Origin: Methylibium sp.
GTDB taxonomy: Bacteria; Pseudomonadota; Gammaproteobacteria; Burkholderiales; Burkholderiaceae_C
Reading direction: 5' to 3'
DNA: 64,000 nt
Assembly: GCA_031382215.1 (NCBI GenBank)
Contig: JANMYQ010000188.1
Span: forward strand, 8,249 to 72,248
The position numbers were made by a program, and so were the translations under genes. Under the pieces are notes generated by a model. That model did no database searches. It was not told the DNA's origin and was given only the letters and a program-made list of their open reading frames with translations. Position 1 is the stretch's first letter, and each line of letters begins with the position of its first letter. Positions 1 to 8,668 of this stretch are shown here, in pieces.

Positions 1-1
1 G

Positions 2-1279
2 TTGCACAGTTGGGCCACCCTGGCAGGGTGCACGGCGGTGCTGGTCAGCGCGGGTGAAATCCTGCTGCGCCAGCGCCCGCAGGGCGATGCCGAAACGCGC
101 TGGATCCACCGCCTCGCGCGCATCGCCTGCCTGTGGTTGCCGCTGGTGATGCTGGTGGTGCTGCAGCCGCTCACGGTGTCGGCCCTGCTGATCACGATGA
201 ACGCCGGCATGCGCACCGCGTGGGGCACGGCGTTCGCGGCCGGCGTGCCGTTCGACCCGCTCGACGGCCAGCGTGCGGCGAGCTGGATCGCGCTGGCCCT
301 GGCAGGCACCGTGGTGCTCGGGGCACTGCAGTTCAAGCTGGTGCAGCGCCTGGGCCGCAACCGGGCTGTTCTGCTGGCTTGCGTGTTGGGGCTGGGTTTG
401 CTGCTGTGCGCGCGCTGGCTCGAATCGGACGCATTCTTCGGCTGCGAGCTGTGCCAGCAATGTGTTCGAACCGACTGGCTCGGCGCCGCCGGTCTGGTGC
501 TGGTGCTCGGTGCAAGCCTGACCCGCGTGCTGTTTGCCCAAGGCGAACTGGCGCGCGACCGCACCGGCAAACCCTGGTACCCCGCCGGCGCGTTTGCGCG
601 CTTCTGGGCCAGCGTGATGCTGGCCGTGATGCCGGTGGTGTTGACCGTCACCTTGTTGTGGCTGTTGGCCCGCGCCGTCGAGCATGGTGCAGCGCGTTCG
701 ACCACCGACGCGTCGGAGATCTTCCTGCAATCCACCAAGTACGCGCTGCTGCTGGCGCCGCTGGCCACCAAGCCTTTCGCGCGCTTTCTCGATGCGCTCG
801 GCGACGTGTTCTTCTACCTCGTGCGCCAGCGCAACCTGCACACACGCAAGGACACCTTGCCGCGCCTGTGGAAGGCGCTGCGCCTGCTCGATGACGGCAC
901 CGACGGCTGCCACTTCGTGGTGTTCGCGCACAGCCAGGGTACGGTCATTGCCGCCGGTATGTTCTCGCGCATGGCGCGTGTGCTGCTGCGTTCGCGCATG
1001 CGCCTGACCCTGGTAACGGTGGGCAGCCCGGTGACCACGCTGTACCGCAACTTCCTGGGTGCCCGGCTCGGCGCCGAATTCGCGGCGCTGTGCAAGCTGC
1101 AGCCGGAGCGTTTTCGCTGGTTCAACCTGTACCGTCCGGCCGACTACATCGGCGGCGCGGTCGAACTCGACGGGGTGGTCAACCGCGACTTGCTGACCCC
1201 CGGCGACCACGTGGGCTACTGGTGCGATCGCGAACTGCTGAAGTGGCTGAAGGACTTGTCGGAGGGCCGCGCCGCGTAA
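2..1279 (+). CDS. Polytopic membrane protein with C-terminal alpha/beta-hydrolase (lipase/esterase-like) domain; true 5' end may lie outside the window
   Basis: The ORF is open from the window edge. The first ~230 aa contain several hydrophobic segments. The C-terminal part has VVFAHSQGT (GxSxG nucleophile elbow) and VTVGSP. Family assigned by eye only. Confidence 0.6.
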   Translation: MHSWATLAGCTAVLVSAGEILLRQRPQGDAETRWIHRLARIACLWLPLVMLVVLQPLTVSALLITMNAGMRTAWGTAFAAGVPFDPLDGQRAASWIALALAGTVVLGALQFKLVQRLGRNRAVLLACVLGLGLLLCARWLESDAFFGCELCQQCVRTDWLGAAGLVLVLGASLTRVLFAQGELARDRTGKPWYPAGAFARFWASVMLAVMPVVLTVTLLWLLARAVEHGAARSTTDASEIFLQSTKYALLLAPLATKPFARFLDALGDVFFYLVRQRNLHTRKDTLPRLWKALRLLDDGTDGCHFVVFAHSQGTVIAAGMFSRMARVLLRSRMRLTLVTVGSPVTTLYRNFLGARLGAEFAALCKLQPERFRWFNLYRPADYIGGAVELDGVVNRDLLTPGDHVGYWCDRELLKWLKDLSEGRAA

Positions 1280-1314
1280 GGCAACGCTGAACAAGTCCCA
1301 CGCGGCGCGAGACG

Positions 1315-2670
1315 TCATGCCATCACGCTCGACAGGTGCTCCGGCACGCTGACCTTCCAGCCCAGTTCGTCGGCAATGCGGGTGCGCAGCGCGTCGCTGG
1401 CTTGCGGATCGCCGTGCACCACGAACGTGTGGCGCGGCGGCGCCTGAAAGGCGCGCAGCCATCGCATCAACTCGTCGGCGTCTGCATGGCCCGAGAAGCC
1501 TTCGAGGTGGCTGACGCTCGCTTTCACCGCGATGTACTCGCCGAAGATCTTCACCTCTTTGGCGCCCTGGATCAACTTGGCGCCGCGCGTGCCGCCGACC
1601 TGGAAGCCCGGAAACACGATGTGGTTGCGCGGGTTCGGCGCCATCGCCTTCAGGTGGTGAAGCACGCGCCCGCCGGTGGCCATGCCGCTGGCCGAGATGA
1701 TCACGTGCGGGAAGCGCGAGCGGCTGAGTTTTTCCGATTGCGTCGGCGTGGTGACGATGGTGACACCGTCGCTCAGGCTGTCCGCTTCACGCGGGCCCAG
1801 GCGCAGCAGCTTGCGGTGCTTGCGGTACAGCGTGGTGGCGGCGCTGGCCATCGGGCTGTCCAGAAACAACGGCAGATCGGCCGGGATCTCGCCGGCAGCC
1901 TTCAGCCGCTGCAGGCACAACATCAGCGCCTGCGCGCGGCCGACCGCGAACGACGGCAGCAGCACCGAACCACCGTTGCGCACCGTCGCGCGAATGATGC
2001 CGCCCAGCCGTTGCTGCGAGTCTTCTTGCGGGTGCAACCGGTCGCCGTAGGTCGACTCGACCAGCAGCACATCGGCGTGCGCGATGGGCTGCGGCGGGGG
2101 CATCATCCAGTCGCTGTCGCGCCCCACGTCGCCCGAGAAGACGAGCGTCTCGTCACCCGAGTGCAAGCTCACTGCATTCGCACCGAGCAGATGGCCCACC
2201 GGCGTGAGCGCCACCCGCACGTTGCCGATGCGCAACTCGCGCCCGGCCGGCAGCACGCTCATGCGCGCGATCGCGCGTTTCGCATCGGCCGAGGTGTACA
2301 GCGGCAACGCCGGCGCATGGCGCGAGAAGCCGCGCCGGTTGGCCCGGCGGGCGTCTTCTTCCTGCAGGTGCGCGCTGTCCAGCAGCAAGACCTCGGCCAG
2401 ATCGCGCGTGGCCGCGGAACAATGCACCGCGCCTTTGAAGCCTTGTTTCACCAGCGCCGGCAGCCAGCCGCAGTGGTCCAGGTGGGCATGGCTCAGCACG
2501 ACGGCGTCGATCTCTTTCGGCACCACCGGGAACGGCGCCCAGTTGCGTTCGCGCAGGGTCTTGAAACCCTGGAACATGCCGCAGTCCAGCAGGATGCGCT
2601 GGTCGCCGATGGCCACCAGGTGGCGCGATCCGGTCACGGCGTCGGCCGCTCCGAGGAAGCTGACTTTCAT
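1315..2670 (-). CDS. MBL-fold beta-CASP hydrolase with RNA-specificity domain (RNase J/CPSF-like)
   Basis: Internal ATG at 2670 (MKVSFLGAADAVTGSRHLV) of ORF 1315..2787. Contains the HAHLDHCG metallo-beta-lactamase motif and a C-terminal GFSGHAD motif typical of beta-CASP proteins. Confidence 0.85.
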   Translation of the reverse strand: MKVSFLGAADAVTGSRHLVAIGDQRILLDCGMFQGFKTLRERNWAPFPVVPKEIDAVVLSHAHLDHCGWLPALVKQGFKGAVHCSAATRDLAEVLLLDSAHLQEEDARRANRRGFSRHAPALPLYTSADAKRAIARMSVLPAGRELRIGNVRVALTPVGHLLGANAVSLHSGDETLVFSGDVGRDSDWMMPPPQPIAHADVLLVESTYGDRLHPQEDSQQRLGGIIRATVRNGGSVLLPSFAVGRAQALMLCLQRLKAAGEIPADLPLFLDSPMASAATTLYRKHRKLLRLGPREADSLSDGVTIVTTPTQSEKLSRSRFPHVIISASGMATGGRVLHHLKAMAPNPRNHIVFPGFQVGGTRGAKLIQGAKEVKIFGEYIAVKASVSHLEGFSGHADADELMRWLRAFQAPPRHTFVVHGDPQASDALRTRIADELGWKVSVPEHLSSVMA

Positions 2671-2895
2671 GACAGGGCTCGCCGGGTTCGTCGACACACC
2701 GGCGGTGATGCTAGCCCGCGCGCACTGCCAGACCACAGCGCGGCCTCTCGACAATCTGATACAGATCAAGGAGCTGAAGGAACTCAATTGGCCTCGATCG
2801 CGTGTCTACTTCCGTGCTTGATCGCAGCGTGTTCGCTTCAGACTTCGCTTGCTGCTCCACCGCGCCGACGCTGCGCCTCTGCCCGCAAGACCACC

Positions 2896-3765
2896 ATGTT
2901 CAAAAAATCCTCCGAGAGCACGTTTCCGTCGTCGTCGTTGTCGTCGTCCGGCCGGATCGACGTGCGCCGTCGTCGTTTCGTCAGCGCGATCCCCGGCATG
3001 GGCTTGACCCTGGCCGGCGCAAGCCTGCTGTCGGCTTGCGCCTCCGGGCCTTCGCTGCTGGCCGATATCGGGCACCCTGCCGTCGGACACCCCGCCGTCG
3101 TGCCGTTTTCGCGACTGCCGGCCGATGGTGCGGTTCCATCGGGGTGGGCGCCTTACATCATCCGGCGTGACCTTCCCAAGACCTTTTACGGCGTCGAACA
3201 GATGGACGGCCGCACGGTGCTGCATGCCAATGCCGACTGCGCACGTTCCGGCTTGTATTGCCCGGTGGACATCGACCCGCTGGCCACGCCGTGGCTGCGC
3301 TGGCAGTGGCGCGTCGATGCGCTTCATGAAGATGCCACCGTGGACGACGACGATGCCGAAGACACGCCCGTGCGCGTGATCGTCGCGTTTGCCGGGGACG
3401 TGTCGCGCCTGCCGCTGCGCGACCGGCTGTTCTACGAGCAGGTGGAACTCTTCACCGGCAACAAGCTGCCTTTTGCCACCCTCACCTACGTGTGGGACGG
3501 GCAATTGCCGGTCGGCCGTGTGGTGCCCTATGCGCGTTCTCCGCGCATCCAGTACCAGGTGATCGAAAGCGGCCCGGCGCGGCTCGGCCAGTGGCTCAAC
3601 TACGAGCGCAACGTCGTGGAAGACTTCACCAAGGTGTTCGGCCATGCGCCGCCGGGACACATCTCCAGCGTTGGCGTGCTGACCGACAGCGACGACCTGA
3701 AGAACCAGGTCGAAGCCTGGTATGGCGACATCGGTTTGTTCGCCGGCCCGCTGTCTGGAGCTTGA
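2896..3765 (+). CDS. Tat-exported periplasmic protein, DUF3047-like
   Basis: This is the 3' part of composite ORF 1336..3765, starting at ATG 2896 (MFKKSSE). It has a twin-arginine motif (RRRRFVSAIPG) followed by a hydrophobic stretch. LRWQWRVDAL...RVIVAF resembles DUF3047 from memory. Confidence 0.7.
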   Translation: MFKKSSESTFPSSSLSSSGRIDVRRRRFVSAIPGMGLTLAGASLLSACASGPSLLADIGHPAVGHPAVVPFSRLPADGAVPSGWAPYIIRRDLPKTFYGVEQMDGRTVLHANADCARSGLYCPVDIDPLATPWLRWQWRVDALHEDATVDDDDAEDTPVRVIVAFAGDVSRLPLRDRLFYEQVELFTGNKLPFATLTYVWDGQLPVGRVVPYARSPRIQYQVIESGPARLGQWLNYERNVVEDFTKVFGHAPPGHISSVGVLTDSDDLKNQVEAWYGDIGLFAGPLSGA

Positions 3766-3790
3766 GCGTGAGCTTGAGCCTGACGGCGGC

Positions 3791-4033
3791 TCAGCGCCGC
3801 GCCTCGCGCGCCTGTTCGCGCCGCATGAAAAGGTAGAGCCCTTCGACCTTTTCGCGCGCCCACGGCGTCTTGCGCAGGAATTTCAAGCTGGAAGCCACGC
3901 TCGGGTCGCTGACAAAACAGCGGATCGCGATGCGTTGGCCCAGTTCCGGCCATCCGAAGTGCGCCACCAACTCGGTCAGCATGGCTTCGAGCGTGATGCC
4001 GTGCAGCGGGTTGCGCGCCTGCGGTTCGTTCAT
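3791..4033 (-). CDS. VF530/DUF2132 family small protein
   Basis: 80-aa ORF. NPLHGITLEAMLTELVAHFGW..LG..IAIRCF..DPSVASSLKFLRKTPWAREKVE matches remembered DUF2132 sequences. Its ATG overlaps the stop of the upstream GMC gene (ATGA). Confidence 0.7.
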   Translation of the reverse strand: MNEPQARNPLHGITLEAMLTELVAHFGWPELGQRIAIRCFVSDPSVASSLKFLRKTPWAREKVEGLYLFMRREQAREARR

Positions 4034-5622
4034 TGCGCTGCGGCCTTGATCATGTCGGCCGCCTTCTCCGCAATCATGATCGTCGGCGCGTTGGTGTTGC
4101 CGCCGACGATGCGCGGCATGATCGACGCATCGACCACGCGCAGGTTCTGCACGCCGTGCACTTTCAGCTGCGCGTCGACCACGTCGACGCTACCCGGCCC
4201 CATGCGGCACGTGCCCACCGGGTGGTAGATCGTGTCGGCACGCTCGCGGATGAACTGCTCGATCTGCGCGTCGGTCTGCGCGCCGGCCGAGGCCGGCAGT
4301 TCGGTGCCGCGGTAGCCGGCCAGGGCTGGCTGCTGCAGCAGGCGGCGCATCTGCTTGAATCCGCGCACCAGGCGCTCCATGTCGTCGCGCTCGGCCAGGA
4401 AGTTGGGGTCGATCAGCGGCGCGGCAGCCGGGTCGGCGCTGGCCAGCTCGACCTTGCCCCGGCTCAGCGGGCGCAGCAGGCACACGTGGCAGGAGTAGCC
4501 GTGGCCGAACACGGTCTTTCGGCCGTGGTCGATCAGCTTGCCGATGACAAAGTGCAGTTGCAGGTCGGGCAGCGCTTCTTCGGGCCCGCTCTTGATGAAG
4601 CCGCCGGCCTCGGCAAAGTTGGTGGTGAGCATGCCGGCGCGCTGTCTGCGCCATTCGAAGATGCCTTTGACGGCGTTCCACGCACCGGCAAGGGACAGGC
4701 CGAACAGATCGGTCAGGTGGGGCGCGTTGACGACCTGCACCACGTCCAAATGGTCGTGCAGGTGACGGCCGACGCCGGGCAGGTCGTGAACGGTGGCTAT
4801 GCCGTGGCGTTGCAACTGCGCGCCGGGGCCGATACCCGACAGCATCAGCAACTGCGGTGACTGCAGTGCGCCGGCGCTGAGCAGCACCTCGCGACGCGCT
4901 TCGATGCGCTGCGTTTCGTTGCCGACGCGGAACTCGACGCCGACCGCGCGCTGGCCTTCCATCACGATGCGCGTGGTGTGCGCACCGGTGATCACTTGCA
5001 GGTTCGGCCGGTTCAGGTTCGGCGTCAGGTAGGCCTTGGCGGCGCTGAAACGCTCGCCCGCCCTGTGTGTCACCTGGTAAAGGCCCACGCCTTCCTGCTG
5101 CGGCCCGTTGAAGTCGCGGTTCTCGGTGTAGCCGGCCTGCACGCCGGCCTGAACGAAGATCGGCCCGAAGCGGTTCGGGCTGCGCAGGTCCATCACGTTC
5201 AATGGCCCGCCGGTGGCGTGAAACGCATCGGCACCGCGCTCGTTGTGTTCGGCGCGCTTGAAGTACGGCAGCACATCGTCGAACGCCCAGCCGGGGTTGC
5301 CCTGCGCGGCCCAGTGGTCGTAGTCGGCGCGGTGGCCGCGGGCGTAGATCATCGCGTTGATCGAGCTCGAACCGCCCAGCACCTTGCCGCGCGGCTGGTA
5401 GCCGCGGCGGCCGTTCAGGCCGGGTTGCCGCACGGTTTCGAAAGCCCAGTTGGCCTGGCCGGTCTGGGCCATCAGCGCCAGGCCGGCGGGGCAATGGATC
5501 AGCACGCTGCGATCGGGCGGGCCGGCTTCGAGCAAGCAGACGCGCACGTCCTTGTCTTCGCTCAGGCGTGCAGCGAGCACGCAGCCGGCCGAGCCGGCGC
5601 CGACGATGATGTAGTCGAACAT
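4030..5622 (-). CDS. GMC-family FAD oxidoreductase (choline/alcohol dehydrogenase-like)
   Basis: MFDYIIVGAGSAGCVLAARLSED is a Rossmann FAD-binding N-terminus. The 530-aa protein has GMC-like conserved blocks throughout. Confidence 0.9.
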   Translation of the reverse strand: MFDYIIVGAGSAGCVLAARLSEDKDVRVCLLEAGPPDRSVLIHCPAGLALMAQTGQANWAFETVRQPGLNGRRGYQPRGKVLGGSSSINAMIYARGHRADYDHWAAQGNPGWAFDDVLPYFKRAEHNERGADAFHATGGPLNVMDLRSPNRFGPIFVQAGVQAGYTENRDFNGPQQEGVGLYQVTHRAGERFSAAKAYLTPNLNRPNLQVITGAHTTRIVMEGQRAVGVEFRVGNETQRIEARREVLLSAGALQSPQLLMLSGIGPGAQLQRHGIATVHDLPGVGRHLHDHLDVVQVVNAPHLTDLFGLSLAGAWNAVKGIFEWRRQRAGMLTTNFAEAGGFIKSGPEEALPDLQLHFVIGKLIDHGRKTVFGHGYSCHVCLLRPLSRGKVELASADPAAAPLIDPNFLAERDDMERLVRGFKQMRRLLQQPALAGYRGTELPASAGAQTDAQIEQFIRERADTIYHPVGTCRMGPGSVDVVDAQLKVHGVQNLRVVDASIMPRIVGGNTNAPTIMIAEKAADMIKAAAQ

Positions 5623-5701
5623 GGGGTGTGATGCGCCTCCCGAAGCGGCGCGGTCTGATGGCGTCGCGGCATGTTAGCGGGGCGCCGGGGCGCAGATTAG
5701 A

Positions 5702-5740
5702 GGGCCCGGTCGACTGAGCGGCTGCGGCCGCCGGGGGCCC
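5702..5740 (-). terminator. Possible GC-rich hairpin downstream of the MORN-repeat gene
   Basis: gggcccgg...ccgggggccc imperfect inverted repeat about 15 nt past the stop at 5756. On the minus strand it is followed by tctaatct, which is only a weak U tract. Confidence 0.3.
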
Positions 5741-5755
5741 ACGCAAGCAGTGCTG

Positions 5756-6967
5756 CTAGCGCCCGACCGCCTTGCGCGAACCGTCTTCGAACACATCGTC
5801 GTCGCGCGTCACGCCGCCCGCCTCGTCGAATTCGCGTTCACGGTTGATCCGGCCGCGCGCGTCGTGGTGGCGTTCACGTCGCAGCCGGCCCGTGTCGTCG
5901 AATTGCTTGTGGATGCCGCTGGCCTGGGTCTCGTAGCGGCCCTTCAGAAGCCACATTCCTTCAAACGCAACCCGGCCGTTGTCTTGGTACCGGGTTTCGC
6001 GCCGGGCTGGCTGGCTGTCCACGCTCAGATACTCCAGCTTGTCCTTGGGCTGGCCGTTCAGGTACCAGGTCTGTTCGAGCTGCAGATCGGCGCTGCGATC
6101 GGCAGGTCGCCAGCGACGCTCGCGCACCAGCTTGCCGCTTTCGTGGAACTCCTGTTCCAGGGTCGTGACGCGGCGGGTTCGAGTGCCGTCGGCCAATGCG
6201 ACCCATTGCAACTCGCGGCGTTTGACCCCGTCGGCCGAAAAGCTGCGCTCGCTGCCGCCCGCCGGGCCGGTTTCCTGCTGCTCGCGCACCTGGCCGTTTT
6301 CCCACAGCGTTTCGCGCTTGCGTCGCTCGCCGCGTTCGTGAGTCAGCCGCGAGCGCACGCTGCCGTCGTCGGCGTGCAAGGTCACCGTGGTGGGTTTGTC
6401 GTTCTGGTGGCCACACAGGCCGGCGTCGTCAGCGGCGGGCGCCAGCAACGGCCGCGGCGCGCATTGCAACTCGCTGAGCTGGCCCTGCGCCGTGAAAGCC
6501 GCCTGCGCCAGTTCTCGGCCATCGTCGTCGTGGAAGCTCACGCGCTTGAGCCGGCCATTGACGTGCCAGGTGCGCGCCAGCCCCACGGCGGTTCCGTTGC
6601 GCAGGGTCTGTTCGAGCACCAGCGGGTTGGGGCTGGCTGCCGTGGCGGCGAATTCGCGCGAGAGGCCGTCGCGATTGCCGCGTTCATTGACCTGGTACTC
6701 GCGCTGCAGGATGCCTTCACGGTAGTACCGGACAACGCCCATGAACACGCCATTGCGCAGCTCCTGCTCGCGCAGCAGCCGGCCGTCGTCTGCGTCGCGG
6801 CAACGCATCAGCCCGGTCTTGCCGGCGGTGGTGTTCCCGTTGGAGGGGTTGACGGACTGGCCGTCGATCTCGCACACCTGAACGGCGTGAACGTGCGAGG
6901 CAAACGCGAAGCAGAGAAGGGCGCGGACGGTGTGAGCTGCTCGTGGCCACAGTTGCATGAGCGGCAT
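5756..6967 (-). CDS. Secreted MORN-variant (YwqK-like) repeat protein
   Basis: ATG at 6967 or 6958 within ORF 5756..7144. Signal-like N-terminus (RAAHTVRALLCFAFASHVHA). Many degenerate repeats of the W/Y-x-N-G-x-x-x-x-E type are present (WHVNGRLKR, WENGQVRE, FHESGKLVRE, WYLNGQPKD, YQDNGRVAFE, FDDTGRLRRE). Confidence 0.7.
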   Translation of the reverse strand: MPLMQLWPRAAHTVRALLCFAFASHVHAVQVCEIDGQSVNPSNGNTTAGKTGLMRCRDADDGRLLREQELRNGVFMGVVRYYREGILQREYQVNERGNRDGLSREFAATAASPNPLVLEQTLRNGTAVGLARTWHVNGRLKRVSFHDDDGRELAQAAFTAQGQLSELQCAPRPLLAPAADDAGLCGHQNDKPTTVTLHADDGSVRSRLTHERGERRKRETLWENGQVREQQETGPAGGSERSFSADGVKRRELQWVALADGTRTRRVTTLEQEFHESGKLVRERRWRPADRSADLQLEQTWYLNGQPKDKLEYLSVDSQPARRETRYQDNGRVAFEGMWLLKGRYETQASGIHKQFDDTGRLRRERHHDARGRINREREFDEAGGVTRDDDVFEDGSRKAVGR

Positions 6968-6980
6968 TGTCGCCGGAGGG

Positions 6981-7175
6981 CTACATGCGCCCCGCCTGCG
7001 TGTCGCGCTCCCACTGAGCCGACTCAGTTGGCGACGTCGGTTCGGAGTCGGCGCCATGGCTGGGTCCGAGCGGCTTGCCGGTCTTGCGCGCGCGCACCAG
7101 CATGTAGGCGCAAGCGGCGCTCCAACCCACGGCCAGAAACACATAGGGCCAAAGAGGTTCGGAATCTGAAAACAC
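6981..7175 (-). CDS. Small single-TM membrane protein (64 aa)
   Basis: GTG start at 7175 with GAAGGAG 7 nt upstream. One hydrophobic helix (LWPYVFLAVGWSAACAYMLV). It lies between the coiled-coil gene and the MORN gene on the same strand. Confidence 0.5.
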   Translation of the reverse strand: MFSDSEPLWPYVFLAVGWSAACAYMLVRARKTGKPLGPSHGADSEPTSPTESAQWERDTQAGRM

Positions 7176-7219
7176 TTATCTACTCCTTCGAAACTGATCC
7201 GATTCGACGCGCTGGGCGC

Positions 7220-7534
7220 TCAGAGCGCCCGCAGCAAGCGGCGAAAAAACGCCGGATCCTCGTTCTCTTCCACATGCAGGGCCGAAACAGCGTGGCGGGC
7301 GTCGAGTGCCGCCTGCAGCGCGCCGGCGCGGGCCTGCTCTTGTTGCAGTTCGGCACGCAGGCCGTGAAGCGTTCTGTCTTTCACGTCGAGTTGGTCGCAC
7401 AGCGCTGCAATGCGGTTTGCAGCGGCGCGTTCGACCTGCCAGCCCCACAGGTGCCGAGCCAAGGCACCGAACAGTACGCAGGCCAGACTCAGCGCGCCCA
7501 GCGTGAACCATGAAATTTCAGCAATCACCGGCAT
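7220..7534 (-). CDS. N-terminally membrane-anchored coiled-coil protein (104 aa), module copy 1
   Basis: ATG at 7534 with AAAGGA 8 nt upstream. N-terminal TM (ISWFTLGALSLACVLFGALA) followed by an A/L/Q/R-rich helical region (LHGLRAELQQEQARAGALQAALD). Confidence 0.6.
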   Translation of the reverse strand: MPVIAEISWFTLGALSLACVLFGALARHLWGWQVERAAANRIAALCDQLDVKDRTLHGLRAELQQEQARAGALQAALDARHAVSALHVEENEDPAFFRRLLRAL

Positions 7535-7707
7535 CAGGCAGTTCCTTTCAATGTCGGCACATCGATCCCGTTACGGGCCGGAGTGCGATCCATGTTGTCT
7601 GCTCCGTGCATCACTCCCGAGCGGGAGGAACCCGGTTGGCCGCTGCAGGTCCAGGCAATCACTGCCAAGCCCAGCAGCCACGCCACCAAGATCACCCGCT
7701 TCTTCAT
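7534..7707 (-). CDS. Mini signal-peptide protein, possibly a lipoprotein (57 aa), module copy 1
   Basis: Below the ORF-track size cut-off. Hand translation: MKKRVILVAWLLGLAVIAWTCSGQPGSSRSGVMHGADNMDRTPARNGIDVPTLKGTA. GGGAG lies upstream. Its stop overlaps the next start (TGATG). The lipobox is non-canonical (A-W-T-C). Confidence 0.5.
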   Translation of the reverse strand: MKKRVILVAWLLGLAVIAWTCSGQPGSSRSGVMHGADNMDRTPARNGIDVPTLKGTA

Positions 7708-7982
7708 GTGCCGTCGCTCCCTGGCGGTTGGTTCCGCCCTTGTAGGAGCATTGTCAAGGGGCCTTTTTGCGGCTTCCAGGGCATGCGCAATGGCAGCGCA
7801 GCACCCTGCATGAAATCGCTGCGATCCGTAGCGTGGGGGCCGCCTGAATGTGACATTTGTCGCCCCGGTTCTCGGCCGAGAGGGGGCCCGGTGATTGCCT
7901 GCGATGGCGGCCGGGGAGCCAGCGCGACGCCGAACTGGTGGCGTTTGTGCGGCCGAGGCCCGCAGCGGGCGAAACGCTGCCG

Positions 7983-8513
7983 TCAGTTCGTCGGCTCGAC
8001 TGCGTCGTTCATCGCCTCCTGGATCAGCGTAGCCCGCGCTGCGGGTGCCTGACGTACTGCATGACGTACTGCCTGAGGAGAGCGACTGCGCTGCGTGCGC
8101 GAAGACACCTTGGCGAGCAGGTCCTGCAGATCCTGCACCTGGCGTTCCAAAACGGCGATGCGGGCTGCGTCATGCTGCGGCGCTCCGGCGTCGGTCATCA
8201 GCGAACGTTCGATCTGGAAGGTCTGTGCGTCGAACGAGAACGGCGTGGGGCTGGACTGGGCCCAATCGCTCTCCATGGCCTCGAGCTCGCGTTCGAGCGC
8301 AAAACTGCGGGCGCGCTGCGAATGCAGTTCACCTTCAAGCTGGGTGTATTGGAGCCTCTGCGCGTCCAGGTCGGCCTGCAGCGTGGTCAGTTTCCCAGTG
8401 CGCTTCTGGCGTGCGGCGGAGGAACGCAGGCCTGCCCACAAGCGCCCGCCGGCCAGGCCCAGCAGCCCCATGACGATGGCGATCGCCAATGAAGCCATGT
8501 TCCACGAATCCAT
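7983..8513 (-). CDS. N-terminally membrane-anchored coiled-coil protein (176 aa), orphan copy
   Basis: AAGGAG lies 8 nt upstream of ATG 8513. TM (MASLAIAIVMGLLGLAGG) followed by a Q/L/E-rich helical region (LTTLQADLDAQRLQYTQLEGELHSQ; IAVLERQVQDLQDLLAKV). Confidence 0.65.
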   Translation of the reverse strand: MDSWNMASLAIAIVMGLLGLAGGRLWAGLRSSAARQKRTGKLTTLQADLDAQRLQYTQLEGELHSQRARSFALERELEAMESDWAQSSPTPFSFDAQTFQIERSLMTDAGAPQHDAARIAVLERQVQDLQDLLAKVSSRTQRSRSPQAVRHAVRQAPAARATLIQEAMNDAVEPTN

Positions 8514-8668
8514 TCACCACGCTCCTTTGCACGACCCAAGCGGTCCCGCAACCGCATCATCGCCGGCATTGTCGGCGCGCGCATTCCCACGTTTGTGGTT
8601 CGCGCAAGGTGTAACGCCGATCTGTCGCAAACGTGACGGGATTCGTGGTGCGGTGGCCGCGACTGTGC

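Noticed and set aside
1336-2895. The 5' two-thirds of the 809-aa + strand ORF 1336-3765.
   Set aside because: It is antisense to the beta-CASP hydrolase and compositionally junk. The real gene (DUF3047-like) begins at ATG 2896 with a Tat signal.
5756-6967. Interpreting the MORN-variant repeat protein as a toxin-antitoxin 'YwqK antitoxin'.
   Set aside because: It has a signal peptide and there is no adjacent toxin-like (for example YwqJ deaminase or LXG) gene. The antitoxin label attached to this repeat family would be transferred annotation only.
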